Shown in pieces: positions 22,929 through 33,282 of a stretch of 64,000 nucleotides of DNA. The position numbers and the translations under genes are program-made. Under the pieces are notes generated by a model. The model was not told the origin of the DNA and did not search any database. It saw nothing but the letters and a program-made list of their open reading frames with translations. Numbering within the stretch: position 1 is the first letter of the stretch; every line of letters begins with the position of its first letter. Source of the DNA: Methanotrichaceae archaeon (GTDB lineage: Archaea > Halobacteriota > Methanosarcinia > Methanotrichales > Methanotrichaceae). Where the stretch lies: assembly GCA_963813075.1 (NCBI GenBank), contig CAWEXU010000004.1, positions 357,656-421,655 on the forward strand. The letters are read 5' to 3'.

Positions 22929-24124
22929 AGGAGAAGGCCCGCAAAGCGCGAGATAAGAAGGCGCGCTTTGGAACCGATGTGGACCTGGAGAGCTACCAGT
23001 CAGAGGCCAAGCCCCAGAGCGCAGTCGAGGATGCTCTGGATCTGCCCAATGAGGTCAAGAAGGCAGCCCTGGACGTGGGCGTGACCCTGGATGACGAGAG
23101 CTCCGGGGCCTATATACAGATGGATCAGACCCCGGTGGTGGCCAAGTCCCTGTACGAAGGGGTGGAGATCATGGATATCGCCTCTGCCCTGAAAAAATAC
23201 GACTTCCTGCAGGACTACTGGTGGAAGCTGGTGGCTGCGGACGCAGACAAGTATACGGCGGATGTGGCCGAGGCCCCTCCGGCAGGCTTTTTCATCCGCG
23301 CCAAAAAGAACATGAAGACCGTCTTCCCGGTGAAAAGCTGCCTTTATCTGGGCTCCACCAACCTCAACCAGCGGGTGCATAACATCGTCATCGCCGAGGA
23401 AGGCTCTGAGCTGCATGTGATCACCGGCTGCACCACTCCGGCCCATGTTCAGAGGGGGCTGCACATCGGCGTCTCTGAGTATTACATCCAGAAGAATGCC
23501 AAGGTGAGCTTCACCATGGTGCACAGTTGGGGAAAGGAGGTTGAGGTGCGACCGAGAACGGGAATCACCATTGCCGAGGGTGGATCGCTGTACAACAACT
23601 ACATCATGCTCCGTCCGGTCAAGACCCTGCAGACCTTCCCCACGGCAACGCTCGCCGGCCGGGGAGCAGTGGCCAGCTTCAATACGGTGATCTATTCCAC
23701 CATGGGCAATATCGATGTGGGAAGCGATGTATTCCTGAACGCTCCTGAGACCAGCGCCGAGTCCATATCCAGGGTGGTCTGCATGGGTGGGGATGTCATC
23801 GCCCGGGGGAGGATGACCGGAACTGTCCCCGGAGCGCGCGCTCACCTGGAGTGCGTCGGACTTCTCCTCTCCAATGAGGGGCGGATCTACTCCATTCCGG
23901 AGCTTGACGGCCGTTGCCGGGACCTGGATATGTCCCATGAGGCAGCAGTGGGCCGAATCTCCGAGGAGGAGCTGGAGTATCTGATGTCCCGGGGCCTCTC
24001 ATCCGAGCAGGCCACCAGCGTCATCGTTCGGGGCTTTTTGGATGTGGAGATCAAGGGCCTGCCCGAGGAGCTGAAAAAGGAGATCAAGGATATCACCATG
24101 AAAGAGGACCTGAAGGGATCCTGA
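22916..24124 (+). CDS. sufB: SufB/SufD family Fe-S scaffold (SmsB-like)
   Basis: HVITGC, AHLECVGLLL, SHEAAVGRI, YLMSRGL; overlaps the end of sufC. Confidence 0.88.
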   Translation: MSSIEEKARKARDKKARFGTDVDLESYQSEAKPQSAVEDALDLPNEVKKAALDVGVTLDDESSGAYIQMDQTPVVAKSLYEGVEIMDIASALKKYDFLQDYWWKLVAADADKYTADVAEAPPAGFFIRAKKNMKTVFPVKSCLYLGSTNLNQRVHNIVIAEEGSELHVITGCTTPAHVQRGLHIGVSEYYIQKNAKVSFTMVHSWGKEVEVRPRTGITIAEGGSLYNNYIMLRPVKTLQTFPTATLAGRGAVASFNTVIYSTMGNIDVGSDVFLNAPETSAESISRVVCMGGDVIARGRMTGTVPGARAHLECVGLLLSNEGRIYSIPELDGRCRDLDMSHEAAVGRISEEELEYLMSRGLSSEQATSVIVRGFLDVEIKGLPEELKKEIKDITMKEDLKGS

Positions 24125-24137
24125 GGGTCTCCTAACC

Positions 24138-24166
24138 TTTTATTTTCATTTTCTATTTTTTTGTTT
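24138..24166 (+). terminator. Oligo-T tract, probable archaeal terminator of the lysA-sufCB unit
   Basis: Several T runs immediately after the sufB stop. Confidence 0.45.
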
Positions 24167-24283
24167 ATGATTTATCTTAATATCATTTATCTCATACACG
24201 TTGATTTCCAAAAGCACATAGTTCGGTTTATAAGATAATCAAAAAAAGTTAAGTCAGAGCACATGGCAGTGCCCTAACTTCAT

Positions 24284-26860
24284 TTAGCAGAACTCGGAAC
24301 AGCCGCAGGGCCCGCAACCGCAGTTCCAGTCGATGACCAGTCGTCCAGTATCTGTGGAGGTGCATTCCCCGGTCGAGTCGGTGCAGGTAACGTAGTAGTC
24401 ATAGACACCAGGAATATTCCAGTTGATATTCGCCGGGAGAACTACGCTAAAATCATTGCAGTCGCCTGTACATCCCCCACCCAGAGAGGCTACCTTTCGC
24501 TTCAACTCTGCACTGTACTTCGGCTGGCTGTAGTCTTTGCAGACCATTTTATCGCAGGTCCCTATGCAGACTATTGGCAGGCAGAAATCCGGTGCATTGG
24601 CGGAGCAGGTGCATTCGCATCCTGGTATTTGAGTGTGAACGCATCCTCCATTAACGCACTCATCGGTGGTGCAGACATCACCGTCATCGCAGTCAATTGC
24701 CTCATGCTGGCAGCCGGAGACTGGATCGCAGGTGTCGGTTGTGCACGCATCCCCGTCGTCGCAGCTAATCTCCGCATGCTGGCATCCCTGGATTGGATCG
24801 CAGGTGTCTGTTGTGCATGCATCCTCGTCATCGCAACTTATTGCCGCATGCTGGCATCCGAGAACCGGATCGCAGGTGTCTGTCGTGCATGCATCCTCGT
24901 CATCGCAGCTTATTGCCGCATGCTGGCAGCCCAAGACTGGATCGCAGGTGTCTGTGGTGCAGGCATCTCCGTCATCGCAACTTATTGCCGCATGCTGGCA
25001 TCCGAGAACCGGATCGCAGGTGTCTGTTGTGCATGCATCCTCGTCATCGCAGCTTATTGCCGCATGCTGGCATCCGAGAACTGGATCGCAGGTGTCCGTG
25101 GTGCAGGCATCTCCGTCATCACAGCTTATTGCCGCATGCTGGCAGCCCAAGACTGGATCGCAGGTGTCTGTGGTGCATGCATCCTCGTCATCGCAGCTAA
25201 TCGCTGCATGCTGGCAGCCCAAGACTGGATCGCAGGTGTCTGTTGTGCATGCATCCCCGTCATCGCAGCTTATCGCTGCATGCTGACAGCCAAGAACTGG
25301 ATCGCAGGTGTCCGCAGTGCATGCATTGCTGTCATCGCAGCTTATTGCGGCATGCTGGCAGCCAAGAACGGGATCGCAGGTGTCGGCGGTGCAGGCATTG
25401 CTGTCATCACAGCTTATCGCTGCATGCTGGCAGCCCAGAACGGGATCGCAGGTGTCCGTGGTGCAGGCATTGCTGTCATCACAGCTTATTGCCGCATGCT
25501 GGCAGCCCAAGACGGGATCACAGGTGTCGGCAGTGCAGGCATTGCTGTCATCACAGCTTATTGCCGCATGCTGGCAGCCCAGAACTGGGTCACAGGTGTC
25601 GGCAGTGCAGGCATTGCTGTCGTTGCAGCTTATCGTGGCATGCTGACAGCCGAGAATTGGATCGCAGGTGTCGGCGGTGCAGGCATTGCTATCATCGCAG
25701 CTAATCGCTGCATGCTGGCAGCCCAAGACGGGATCACAGGTGTCGGCAGTGCAGGCATTGCTGTCATCGCAGCTAATCGCTGCATGCTGGCAGCCCAAGA
25801 CTGGGTCGCAGGTGTCCGTGGTGCATGCATTGCTGTCATCGCAGCTAATCGCTGCATGCTGGCAGCCGAGAACCGGATCGCAGGTGTCCGTGGTGCATGC
25901 ATTGCTGTCATCGCAGCTAATCGCTGCATGCTGGCAGCCAAGAACTGGATCGCAGGTGTCGGCAGTGCAGGCATTGCTGTCATCACAGCTTATTGCCGCA
26001 TGCTGGCAGCCCAAGACTGGGTCGCAGGTGTCCGCAGTGCATGCATTGCTGTCGTTGCAGCTTATCGTGGCATGCTGACAGCCGAGAATTGGATCGCAGG
26101 TGTCGGCGGTGCACTCATTTCCGTCACCACAGGCTACTGGAATATATGCACATGCGCCGGTTGCTGGATCACATGAGTCAGTTGTGCAGGCACTCTTGTC
26201 ATCGCACACTTTCGAGGTGTTGACGCATTGATTGTTCACGATGGTATCATTTGTGCAAGGGTTATTGTCGTCACATGGTTCATAATAGTAGGTGACGCGA
26301 AGCGTCTCATTGGCAAAGGTTCGCACCTTCTGATCGAAGCTGGAGCTGCCATCCACATTTGTACTTCCTTTGGCGACTACTTTTATGTCCAGTGTGCCAG
26401 GGCCAATCCAATTCGTCAGGTCGTTGTAGACTTTCTCGTCGTCAACGCATTCCTTGATGAAGAAACGGAATGAATCATTTCCAACATAGTCCGATATGAA
26501 TCCTTCATCCGAGTCTGCCGGCAGACAAAAAGAATTGATTTTCTCTGGAAGGGTGAGAACCAAATTCGTTCCATCCGGCATGGTCGCTGTAAGCATTGCA
26601 TTGGAGATAACATTCCAGCACTGCGGTTCTGAGTCTTCGCTGTCCAGTATGAAGAGCTGAGAAGCGCACGCATCTGCGCTCACTTCGACCTTTGTTAAAA
26701 CGCCCAAACTCGGATCGAATTTGTCCAGAGTCTGTGTTCGGGTCCAATCCGTGCTTATATTGCTGAATACTACAGGATTGGGCGAGTATTCCAGGGCTGA
26801 GGCCGATAGGCTAAATATCAGTCCTGCAAGAACCACCCATATTATCAACTTCTCTCTCAT
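24284..26860 (-). CDS. Secreted Cys-rich protein: choice-of-anchor-E-like N-terminal domain, ~23 Dictyostelium-type (CTDC) repeats, Cys-rich C-terminal domain
   Basis: Uninterrupted 858-aa ORF; signal peptide; TDW...LDKFDPSLGVLTKV motif; repeat CDDSNACTxDTCDPVLGCQHAAIS; AGGTGA RBS. Confidence 0.85.
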   Translation of the reverse strand: MREKLIIWVVLAGLIFSLSASALEYSPNPVVFSNISTDWTRTQTLDKFDPSLGVLTKVEVSADACASQLFILDSEDSEPQCWNVISNAMLTATMPDGTNLVLTLPEKINSFCLPADSDEGFISDYVGNDSFRFFIKECVDDEKVYNDLTNWIGPGTLDIKVVAKGSTNVDGSSSFDQKVRTFANETLRVTYYYEPCDDNNPCTNDTIVNNQCVNTSKVCDDKSACTTDSCDPATGACAYIPVACGDGNECTADTCDPILGCQHATISCNDSNACTADTCDPVLGCQHAAISCDDSNACTADTCDPVLGCQHAAISCDDSNACTTDTCDPVLGCQHAAISCDDSNACTTDTCDPVLGCQHAAISCDDSNACTADTCDPVLGCQHAAISCDDSNACTADTCDPILGCQHATISCNDSNACTADTCDPVLGCQHAAISCDDSNACTADTCDPVLGCQHAAISCDDSNACTTDTCDPVLGCQHAAISCDDSNACTADTCDPVLGCQHAAISCDDSNACTADTCDPVLGCQHAAISCDDGDACTTDTCDPVLGCQHAAISCDDEDACTTDTCDPVLGCQHAAISCDDGDACTTDTCDPVLGCQHAAISCDDEDACTTDTCDPVLGCQHAAISCDDGDACTTDTCDPVLGCQHAAISCDDEDACTTDTCDPVLGCQHAAISCDDEDACTTDTCDPIQGCQHAEISCDDGDACTTDTCDPVSGCQHEAIDCDDGDVCTTDECVNGGCVHTQIPGCECTCSANAPDFCLPIVCIGTCDKMVCKDYSQPKYSAELKRKVASLGGGCTGDCNDFSVVLPANINWNIPGVYDYYVTCTDSTGECTSTDTGRLVIDWNCGCGPCGCSEFC
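24693..26132 (-). repeat. Coding tandem array of 20 conserved 72-bp units, plus degenerate flanking units
   Basis: 24-aa period counted in the translation; diagnostic variant sequence recurs 432 bp apart (near 25611 and 26043). Confidence 0.92.
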
Positions 26861-27660
26861 TATTAATCACCTTTGTTCTCAAACTCACCTGATTTTTATA
26901 AATCATAATCAAGAGCATAATCCATCCGGGCAGGATCACCCAGGAGGGTATCAATGAGGTGCAGTGCATGGTTATCCTTCAATCTGGGACTCCTGATGAC
27001 ATTTATATAATATTATTTTGCTGTTTCGCCTTCACTGGTGTCAGAGGAAAAGGGCGGACCAAAACCGCGGGCAATATTAGCAAATTGCTTATATTCTTGT
27101 TCATGATATACTTACTTTGGGACTATAAAGATTTAAACAGATACTAATATTGAGACAGGATTTCAAGTAAGTATTAAGCATTTAGAGCAGCGGTTATACA
27201 GGAGCTCCGGCGTCTATACATATGTCTTTTGCCGCAAATAAACGATTTTTTGGGTTTATTGATATTAACAGCTCTGCGCGTTTTTTAGCTTCTGAATAAA
27301 AAAAGAATGATCTGACCTTTTTGCAGTTGAAGATCACATAAATTTCGTTGATGGGCGAATATCATTTCGACTATAAACTGAAGAATAATTCTGCAGCGGA
27401 ATGAAGAAAAACCAGCCCAGAGACGGGGCGCTCACGCCATGATTTAAACATATATTAATGATTCTTTTTCTTTCTCTGACATAATGACTGAATTTATGCC
27501 ATTCAGCTGGAGAGAACTCCCCACAAACATCTGACCGGCACAACCGGGAAGATGAGGGTTCAATCGATGCAAGAACAATGGGAGGTCAGGCCAAGAGGCA
27601 GTCAAATATGCTGCGAATATTTATTAAGGATTAAAGCATATAATATTAAAGGTGTTTTCC

Positions 27661-28949
27661 ATGAGAATTGAACTTCTCCTCACCCTGTCTATATTTGCTT
27701 TTTTATGTGTGCCAGCTCTTGGACAGGTTGAGACAGTCGAATACTGGCTGATGAAAGGAGCAAAAGAATACGGGAACGGAAGCTTTGAGGAGGCTTTGGG
27801 TTCATTTGATAATGCCACTGCCATCGACTCCCAAAACGCAACCGTCTGGTTTGCCAGGGGACTGGCCCAGAGCGGTCTGAATAGGTACGAAGAGGCCATT
27901 TCTTCCTACAATAAATCCATCCAAATCGATGATGAGAATGCAGCCGTCTGGTATGCCAGGGCGGCTGATGAAAGCGATCTGGGCAGGATAAATGATTCTC
28001 TTGTCTCCTATGATCGATCCCTGCAGATTGATCCAGAGAACAAACTCATTTGGTACGATAAAGGCAATAAGCTCCTGTATCTGAGCCGGTATGAAGAGGC
28101 CATATCCTGCTACGATGAGGCCATACTGATCGACGGGAACTGGAGCTGGCCCTGGTACAATCGAGGAAAAGCGCTGAAATATCTGGGCAGGATTGACGAG
28201 GCCCTGCAGTCCTATGACAATGCCACCCGGCTGGACCCAGAATACATGAAGGCCTGGAGCGAGAAAGGCACCGTCCTCGCCAGCCTGGGCCGGTATGATG
28301 AGGCTTTAGAGGCCTTCGATAGGGCGGTCCAGATCGATCCCGAGGACATAATATCGCTCAGCAATCGAGCCCAGGCCCTCCAGGACCTGAAAAGATATGA
28401 GGAAGCGGTAAAGGCATATGACGATGTTCTGGCCCTGAATTCCACTGATCCCTCCGCCTGGTACAATAGAGGCCTGGCCTTGGGGTCGCTGGGCCGGTAT
28501 GATGAGGCCCTGCAGTCATTCGAAGAGTCCATAGAGATCTCACCCCAAGAGCCCTTCGCCCTGGTATGGCAAAGCTACGGCGCTGCGCAGCCTGGGGAGA
28601 GCCCAGGAGGCGGAGGAGGCTTGGACCAGATACCAGGATCTGAGCTATGCCCACATCAGCTTCAGCGATAACAGCGGCCAGTCCATGGAGGATGCCATCG
28701 TCATTATGAATGCAACCGGAGAGGATGATGGAGTGGGCTCAGAGTATTACTATCTGGAAAAGAGGTTTGGGGGAGATGCCGTGCGCTGGGGTCGATATAT
28801 CTCAATCGCTGGTCGGGGATGAAATGGATCGGTCCTATGATGTGCTGGAGGTCCCCCTGACCACAGGAGAGACGGTCACAATCTACTTTGATATTACAGA
28901 TTTCTATGGAAAGGAAATCAGGGAAATGCTGGAGGCTTTAGGTCTATGA
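27661..28949 (+). CDS. Secreted TPR protein with an extra C-terminal domain; frameshifts after ~28555
   Basis: Signal peptide; about 8 W-x-x-(R/K)G...A...(Y/F)D TPR units; shifted frames continue as GQSMEDAIVIMNA...EYYYL and YDVLEV...YFDITDFYGK. Confidence 0.8.
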
Positions 28950-30230
28950 AGATAATGAGCAAATACATCGCCTCGCTCCTCCTTGCCCTGCTGATCTCCA
29001 CCCCCTTTTTATCCGGCTGTCTGGAGATGAACGATGAATGGCAATCGGAGCCCCTATCCAGTCGGACCGATCCAGATTCCATGGCGAATCCGACCGGCGA
29101 AGAGCAGATGGCAATGGGAGAGCAATCTCTTCGCCCTGGATATGTACCGGGATCTGGCGGACAGTGAAGGGAATCTCTTCTTCTCCCCCTGGAGCCTCAG
29201 CTCCGCTCTGTCCATGACCTATGAGGGAGCACGGGGCCAGACGGCTGAGGAGATGCATAATGTTCTGCACCTCTCGGGAAATGAGAGCGAAAGAAGGCAG
29301 TCGTTCTCTCTTCTCGATCAAAGAATCAACGCCAATGATTCCGGCTACATCCTCTCCACCGCCAATGCTCTCTGGGTTGATGAGGACTATTCCCTTACAG
29401 CTGAGTACCGGGATCTGGTGGAGGAGACCTATCATGCCCGGGCCACGAACCTGAACTTCCAGGAAGAGAGTGAAACGGCACGAGCGGTCATAAATTCCTG
29501 GGTGGAGGAGAGGACCCAGGGAAAGATAATTGATTTGATTCCTGCGGGCTATATCCATTCGCTGACCCGTCTGGTCCTGACCAATGCCATATTCTTCAAG
29601 GGCACCTGGAAAAGTGAGTTCGACCGGGAGCTGACCGAAAACGAGGACTTCTTTACGGCCGAAGGGCAGCCGGTCGCCGTTCCCATGATGAGAAAGATAG
29701 GCGAAGAGAGCGGGTTTCTATACCTGGAGAGGGGTGACCTGCAGATCCTGAAGATGCCTTATCAGGGGGAGAACATCTCTCTCTTGATCCTCTTGCCCGA
29801 GAAGCGCGACCTGGATTCACTGGAAAGATCGATCTCGGCTGAAAGGCTCGCCCAGTGGAGGGATGGATTAGAAGAGCGGCAGGTCGACGTCTATATACCT
29901 CGCTTCAAGTTCAGTGCAAAATACTTCCTGAATGAGAACCTGGCGAGCATGGGCATGCCTACCGTCTTTTCAGAAACGGCGGACTTTTCCGGACTGAGTG
30001 CCCGTAAAGGGGTATTCATAAGCGATGTCATCCATCAGGCCTATGTCGATGTTAACGAGGAAGGTACTCAGGCAGCGGCAGTGACGGCGGTATGCGTGGC
30101 AGAGTCAGCTGTTCCTGAGGAAGAGATACCCGTATTCCGTGCCGATCATCCCTTCATATTCATGATAACCGATGACCAGACGGGGCTGATACTGTTCATG
30201 GGCAGGTTCAGCGATCCGGAGGAGGGCTGA
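28946..30230 (+). CDS. Serpin, lipoprotein-type; frameshift near 29120
   Basis: Lipobox LSGC; NLFFSPWS, INSWVEERTQGKI, LTNAIFFKG, VNEEGTQAAA hinge, FRADHPF, LILFMGR. Confidence 0.92.
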
Positions 30231-30279
30231 AGGCAATACCCTTCATTTTCTCTTCGCCTCTCTTCATCCTCGCGTTTAT

Positions 30280-30477
30280 TCATTCTTTTTTCTCGCTCTT
30301 TTTCTCATAGTCCTCTCTGATCGCCCGACCCATCTCCTCGTCCGCCTCCACGATCAGAGCGCCGGTATAGTCGCATCTTTTGCAGTGGTAGACCTTGCCG
30401 GTATAGCCGCCGAGCTCATAGTACAGTTCAGTGCTGCCGCAGACGGGACAGATCTCAGTACACTTTCTGGTGGACAT
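30280..30477 (-). CDS. Small zinc-ribbon protein (65 aa)
   Basis: CPVCGS...YHCKRC; ATG 30477. Confidence 0.75.
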   Translation of the reverse strand: MSTRKCTEICPVCGSTELYYELGGYTGKVYHCKRCDYTGALIVEADEEMGRAIREDYEKKSEKKE

Positions 30478-30569
30478 GGCAATTGGATCTGTCTTCAATT
30501 CATATAAATTTAAGGCCAAAAGCCAATCTTTAATTACAATTGGTTTGGAATATAAAATAGGTGTTTTCA

Positions 30570-31794
30570 ATGACCGACCAGCCTGGGCCAAAGCGCCCGG
30601 AGCAGACCTCGCCCCTTCAAGATAAATCCGCCTCACTGCCTTTGGAGGATCTGGAATGGAGCGAGACCGTATCCGCCAGCAACCGCTTTGCTCTGGATAT
30701 GTATCGAGAGCTGGCCAAAGAGAAGGGGAACATCTTCTTCTCCCCCTGGAGCCTGAGCTACGCTCTGGCCATGACCTGCGAGGGGGCAAGAGGCAAGACG
30801 AGGGAGGAGATGAGCTCCGTACTCCATTTCAGCGCGAGCGAGAGCGCAAGACGGCGTTCCTTCTCCCTGATCGACAATAGGCTCAATGCCTCGGACTCCG
30901 GATATGCTCTCCATTCCGCCAACGCCCTCTGGGTGGAGAAGAGCTTCCCATTGGATGATGAATACGCCGATCTGATTGAACAGAGCTACCATGCCCGGGC
31001 CACGAACCTGGACTTCATAAATGCCAGCGAGAAATCCAGAAGGATCATAAACTCCTGGGTGGAGGAGAAGACCCTCGGAAAGATAAAAGAGCTCATCCCC
31101 CCTGGAGCAATCGATGAGTTGACCCGCACTTGTCCTTACCAATGCCATATACTTCAAAGGCAGCTGGAGGCTGGAGTTTGACCGGAAGCTGACCGCAAAA
31201 GAGGATTTTTTTACCGCGGAAGGCAGGACGGTTGCTGTGCCCATGATGAGGCGGCTTGATGATAATGCATCTTTCGGCTACTTCGAGTCTGAAGGGATGC
31301 AGGTCCTCAAGATGCCCTACCTTGGAGATCGGCTCTCCCTTACCATAATCCTGCCCAGGAATAATGACCTCGCCCCCCTGGAGGCCTCTCTTGATGCGGA
31401 AACGCTATCCAGGTGGAGAATGGGGCTGGTGGAAAGGCGGGTGGATGTCTATATACCCAAATTCAAGGTCGCGTCCAATTACCTGCTCAATGAGAGCCTG
31501 ATAAAGCTGGGAATGCCGAACGCCTTTGATGATTCTGCTGCTGACTTCACCGGGATGAGTATAAAATGGGGACGGTTGTTGTACATAAGCCGTGTATTTC
31601 ATCAGGCCCATATTGAGGTGAATGAAGAAGGTACTGAGGCGGCAGCCGCCACCGCGGTGGTCATAAAGTACAGGTGCTTGCCCCCGAAGCCGCCCGTCTT
31701 TCGCGCCGACCGGCCGTTCATCTTCATGATAACCGATGACGAGACGGGCCTGATCCTCTTCATGGGGAGAGTGAACGATCCGGGTGCAGATTAG
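30570..31794 (+). CDS. Serpin without a signal peptide; frameshift near 31130
   Basis: NIFFSPWS, INSWVEEKTLGKI, VPMM, VNEEGTEAAAAT hinge, FRADRPF, LILFMGRV. Confidence 0.92.
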
Positions 31795-31831
31795 CCTCTG
31801 CCCGAGGGGGAGAGGATGTTGCCCTTCAGGA

Positions 31832-32479
31832 TCAAAAGAGGCTCATCAGCTCCTCGGCCATGATCCTGTAGCCCGCCTCATTGGGGTGGTCCAATCCCGG
31901 CAAGATCAGGGAGCCCAGGGAGGTGCCGGCGTGCACCCGTCCCATCCAGGCGCTGTAGACATCCACAAAGCCCACATCCATCTCTTTTGCCACCCTCTCC
32001 ACCGCCTGATAGTAATCCAGCACCAGCCGGTCATAGGGAGGGGTTTCCAGGGGCTGGGAGGACAGTAGCAGGATCTCCGAGTTCGGCCCGGCACGAATCC
32101 TGTGCACCATCTGGACGAAGTTCAGCTCGAACTCCTCCAGGCCCAGACCTAAAACACAGTCGTTGATGCCGAAGTTTATGGTCACCAGATCCGGCTCATA
32201 GGAGAGCACCGCCCAGTCCAGCCGGGCCAGGCCGTCCTGGCTGGTATCCCCGGAGATGCCGGAGTTGATCATCTCTATCTTCGAATCGGGGAACTTCTGC
32301 CGGAGCGACTCCAGCCAGAAGGATGGAAATCCCCGCCGGACGGCATATCCGGCGGTGATGGAGTCCCCAAAGCAGACGATGGTGGCATCCGCCCCGGCCT
32401 CTAGATCCAGGCGCGTCCTTTCCACATACTTCCTTTGCTCTTCTTTCATCCCTATTCCCTCCGGGCAGTCGTCCTTCAT
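31832..32479 (-). CDS. SGNH/GDSL hydrolase
   Basis: FGDSIT, NSGISG, FGIND, DHPN blocks. Confidence 0.9.
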   Translation of the reverse strand: MKDDCPEGIGMKEEQRKYVERTRLDLEAGADATIVCFGDSITAGYAVRRGFPSFWLESLRQKFPDSKIEMINSGISGDTSQDGLARLDWAVLSYEPDLVTINFGINDCVLGLGLEEFELNFVQMVHRIRAGPNSEILLLSSQPLETPPYDRLVLDYYQAVERVAKEMDVGFVDVYSAWMGRVHAGTSLGSLILPGLDHPNEAGYRIMAEELMSLF

Positions 32480-32505
32480 AGCAAGTGTACCAGTTCCAGT
32501 TTCCG

Positions 32506-33282
32506 CTATTGGAGCCTTGCCCTCCCCGCCGCTTTCACTGCCTCTTTCATCTCCCCCACCAGTGCCTCCAGCTCCTCAATCCTGCCCCTGGCGATCAGGT
32601 CCACGCAGACCGATCCCACTATCGCCGCATCCGCCCCCGCCCGGATGACCTCCGCCGCCTGCTCCGGGGTGGAGATGCCAAAGCCCACCGCCTTAGGCTT
32701 ATTGCCCGGCACCCGGGCGATGAGGTCCCTGGTATCCTGCAGGACATCGCTTCTCGCCCCGGTGACTCCGGTGCGGGCCACCAGATAGAGAAAGCCGCCC
32801 GTCTCTTCAGCGATCCGCTCCTGCCGCTCCGCGGGCGTATTGGGCGCCACCAGGTAGATCAGGTCCACCCCGTATTTGCCGCAGGCCTCCTTCAGGGGTG
32901 CGGCCTCCTCCGGGGGCAGATCGGGGACGATCATGCCCGTTATGCCCGAAAGGGCACAGTCCCGTGCGAACCTTTCCAGTCCCCGGGCATAGACCATATT
33001 ATAGTAGCCCATGAAGACCTTGGGCACAGGCACATCCGCCTCTGCTGCCACCTGGAAGTAGACATCGGTGTTCATCCCGGCGGCGATGGCCCTCTGTGCC
33101 GCCGCCTGGATGGTCGGCCCGTCCGCTATCGGATCGGAGTGAGGGAGCCCCATTTCGATTATATCCGCTCCCGCACTGACCAGCCGCCGCACCAGCTCGG
33201 GAGTATCCTCGGGCGAGGGGTCTCCGGCGCAGAGGTAGACGATCAGCAGGGGACGGTTCTCGAAGGCCTCAGATATTCTCAT
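32506..33282 (-). CDS. trpA: Tryptophan synthase alpha chain
   Basis: AGDP, SDPIADGPTIQ, GVTG, VGFGIS. Confidence 0.96.
   Translation of the reverse strand: MRISEAFENRPLLIVYLCAGDPSPEDTPELVRRLVSAGADIIEMGLPHSDPIADGPTIQAAAQRAIAAGMNTDVYFQVAAEADVPVPKVFMGYYNMVYARGLERFARDCALSGITGMIVPDLPPEEAAPLKEACGKYGVDLIYLVAPNTPAERQERIAEETGGFLYLVARTGVTGARSDVLQDTRDLIARVPGNKPKAVGFGISTPEQAAEVIRAGADAAIVGSVCVDLIARGRIEELEALVGEMKEAVKAAGRARLQ

Noticed and set aside
24693..26132. 72-bp periodic array as CRISPR or a diversity-generating element
   Set aside because: No unique spacers, variation is codon-consistent, and no cas or reverse transcriptase gene is nearby; it is a coding repeat
24629..26223. Long plus-strand ORFs over the repeat array
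   Set aside because: Antisense shadows of the repeat; no RBS, signal or non-repeat domain
26861..27660. Short ORFs or an ncRNA in the 800-bp AT-rich divergent gap
   Set aside because: No recognisable motifs, RBSs or convincing stems by eye; likely promoter DNA
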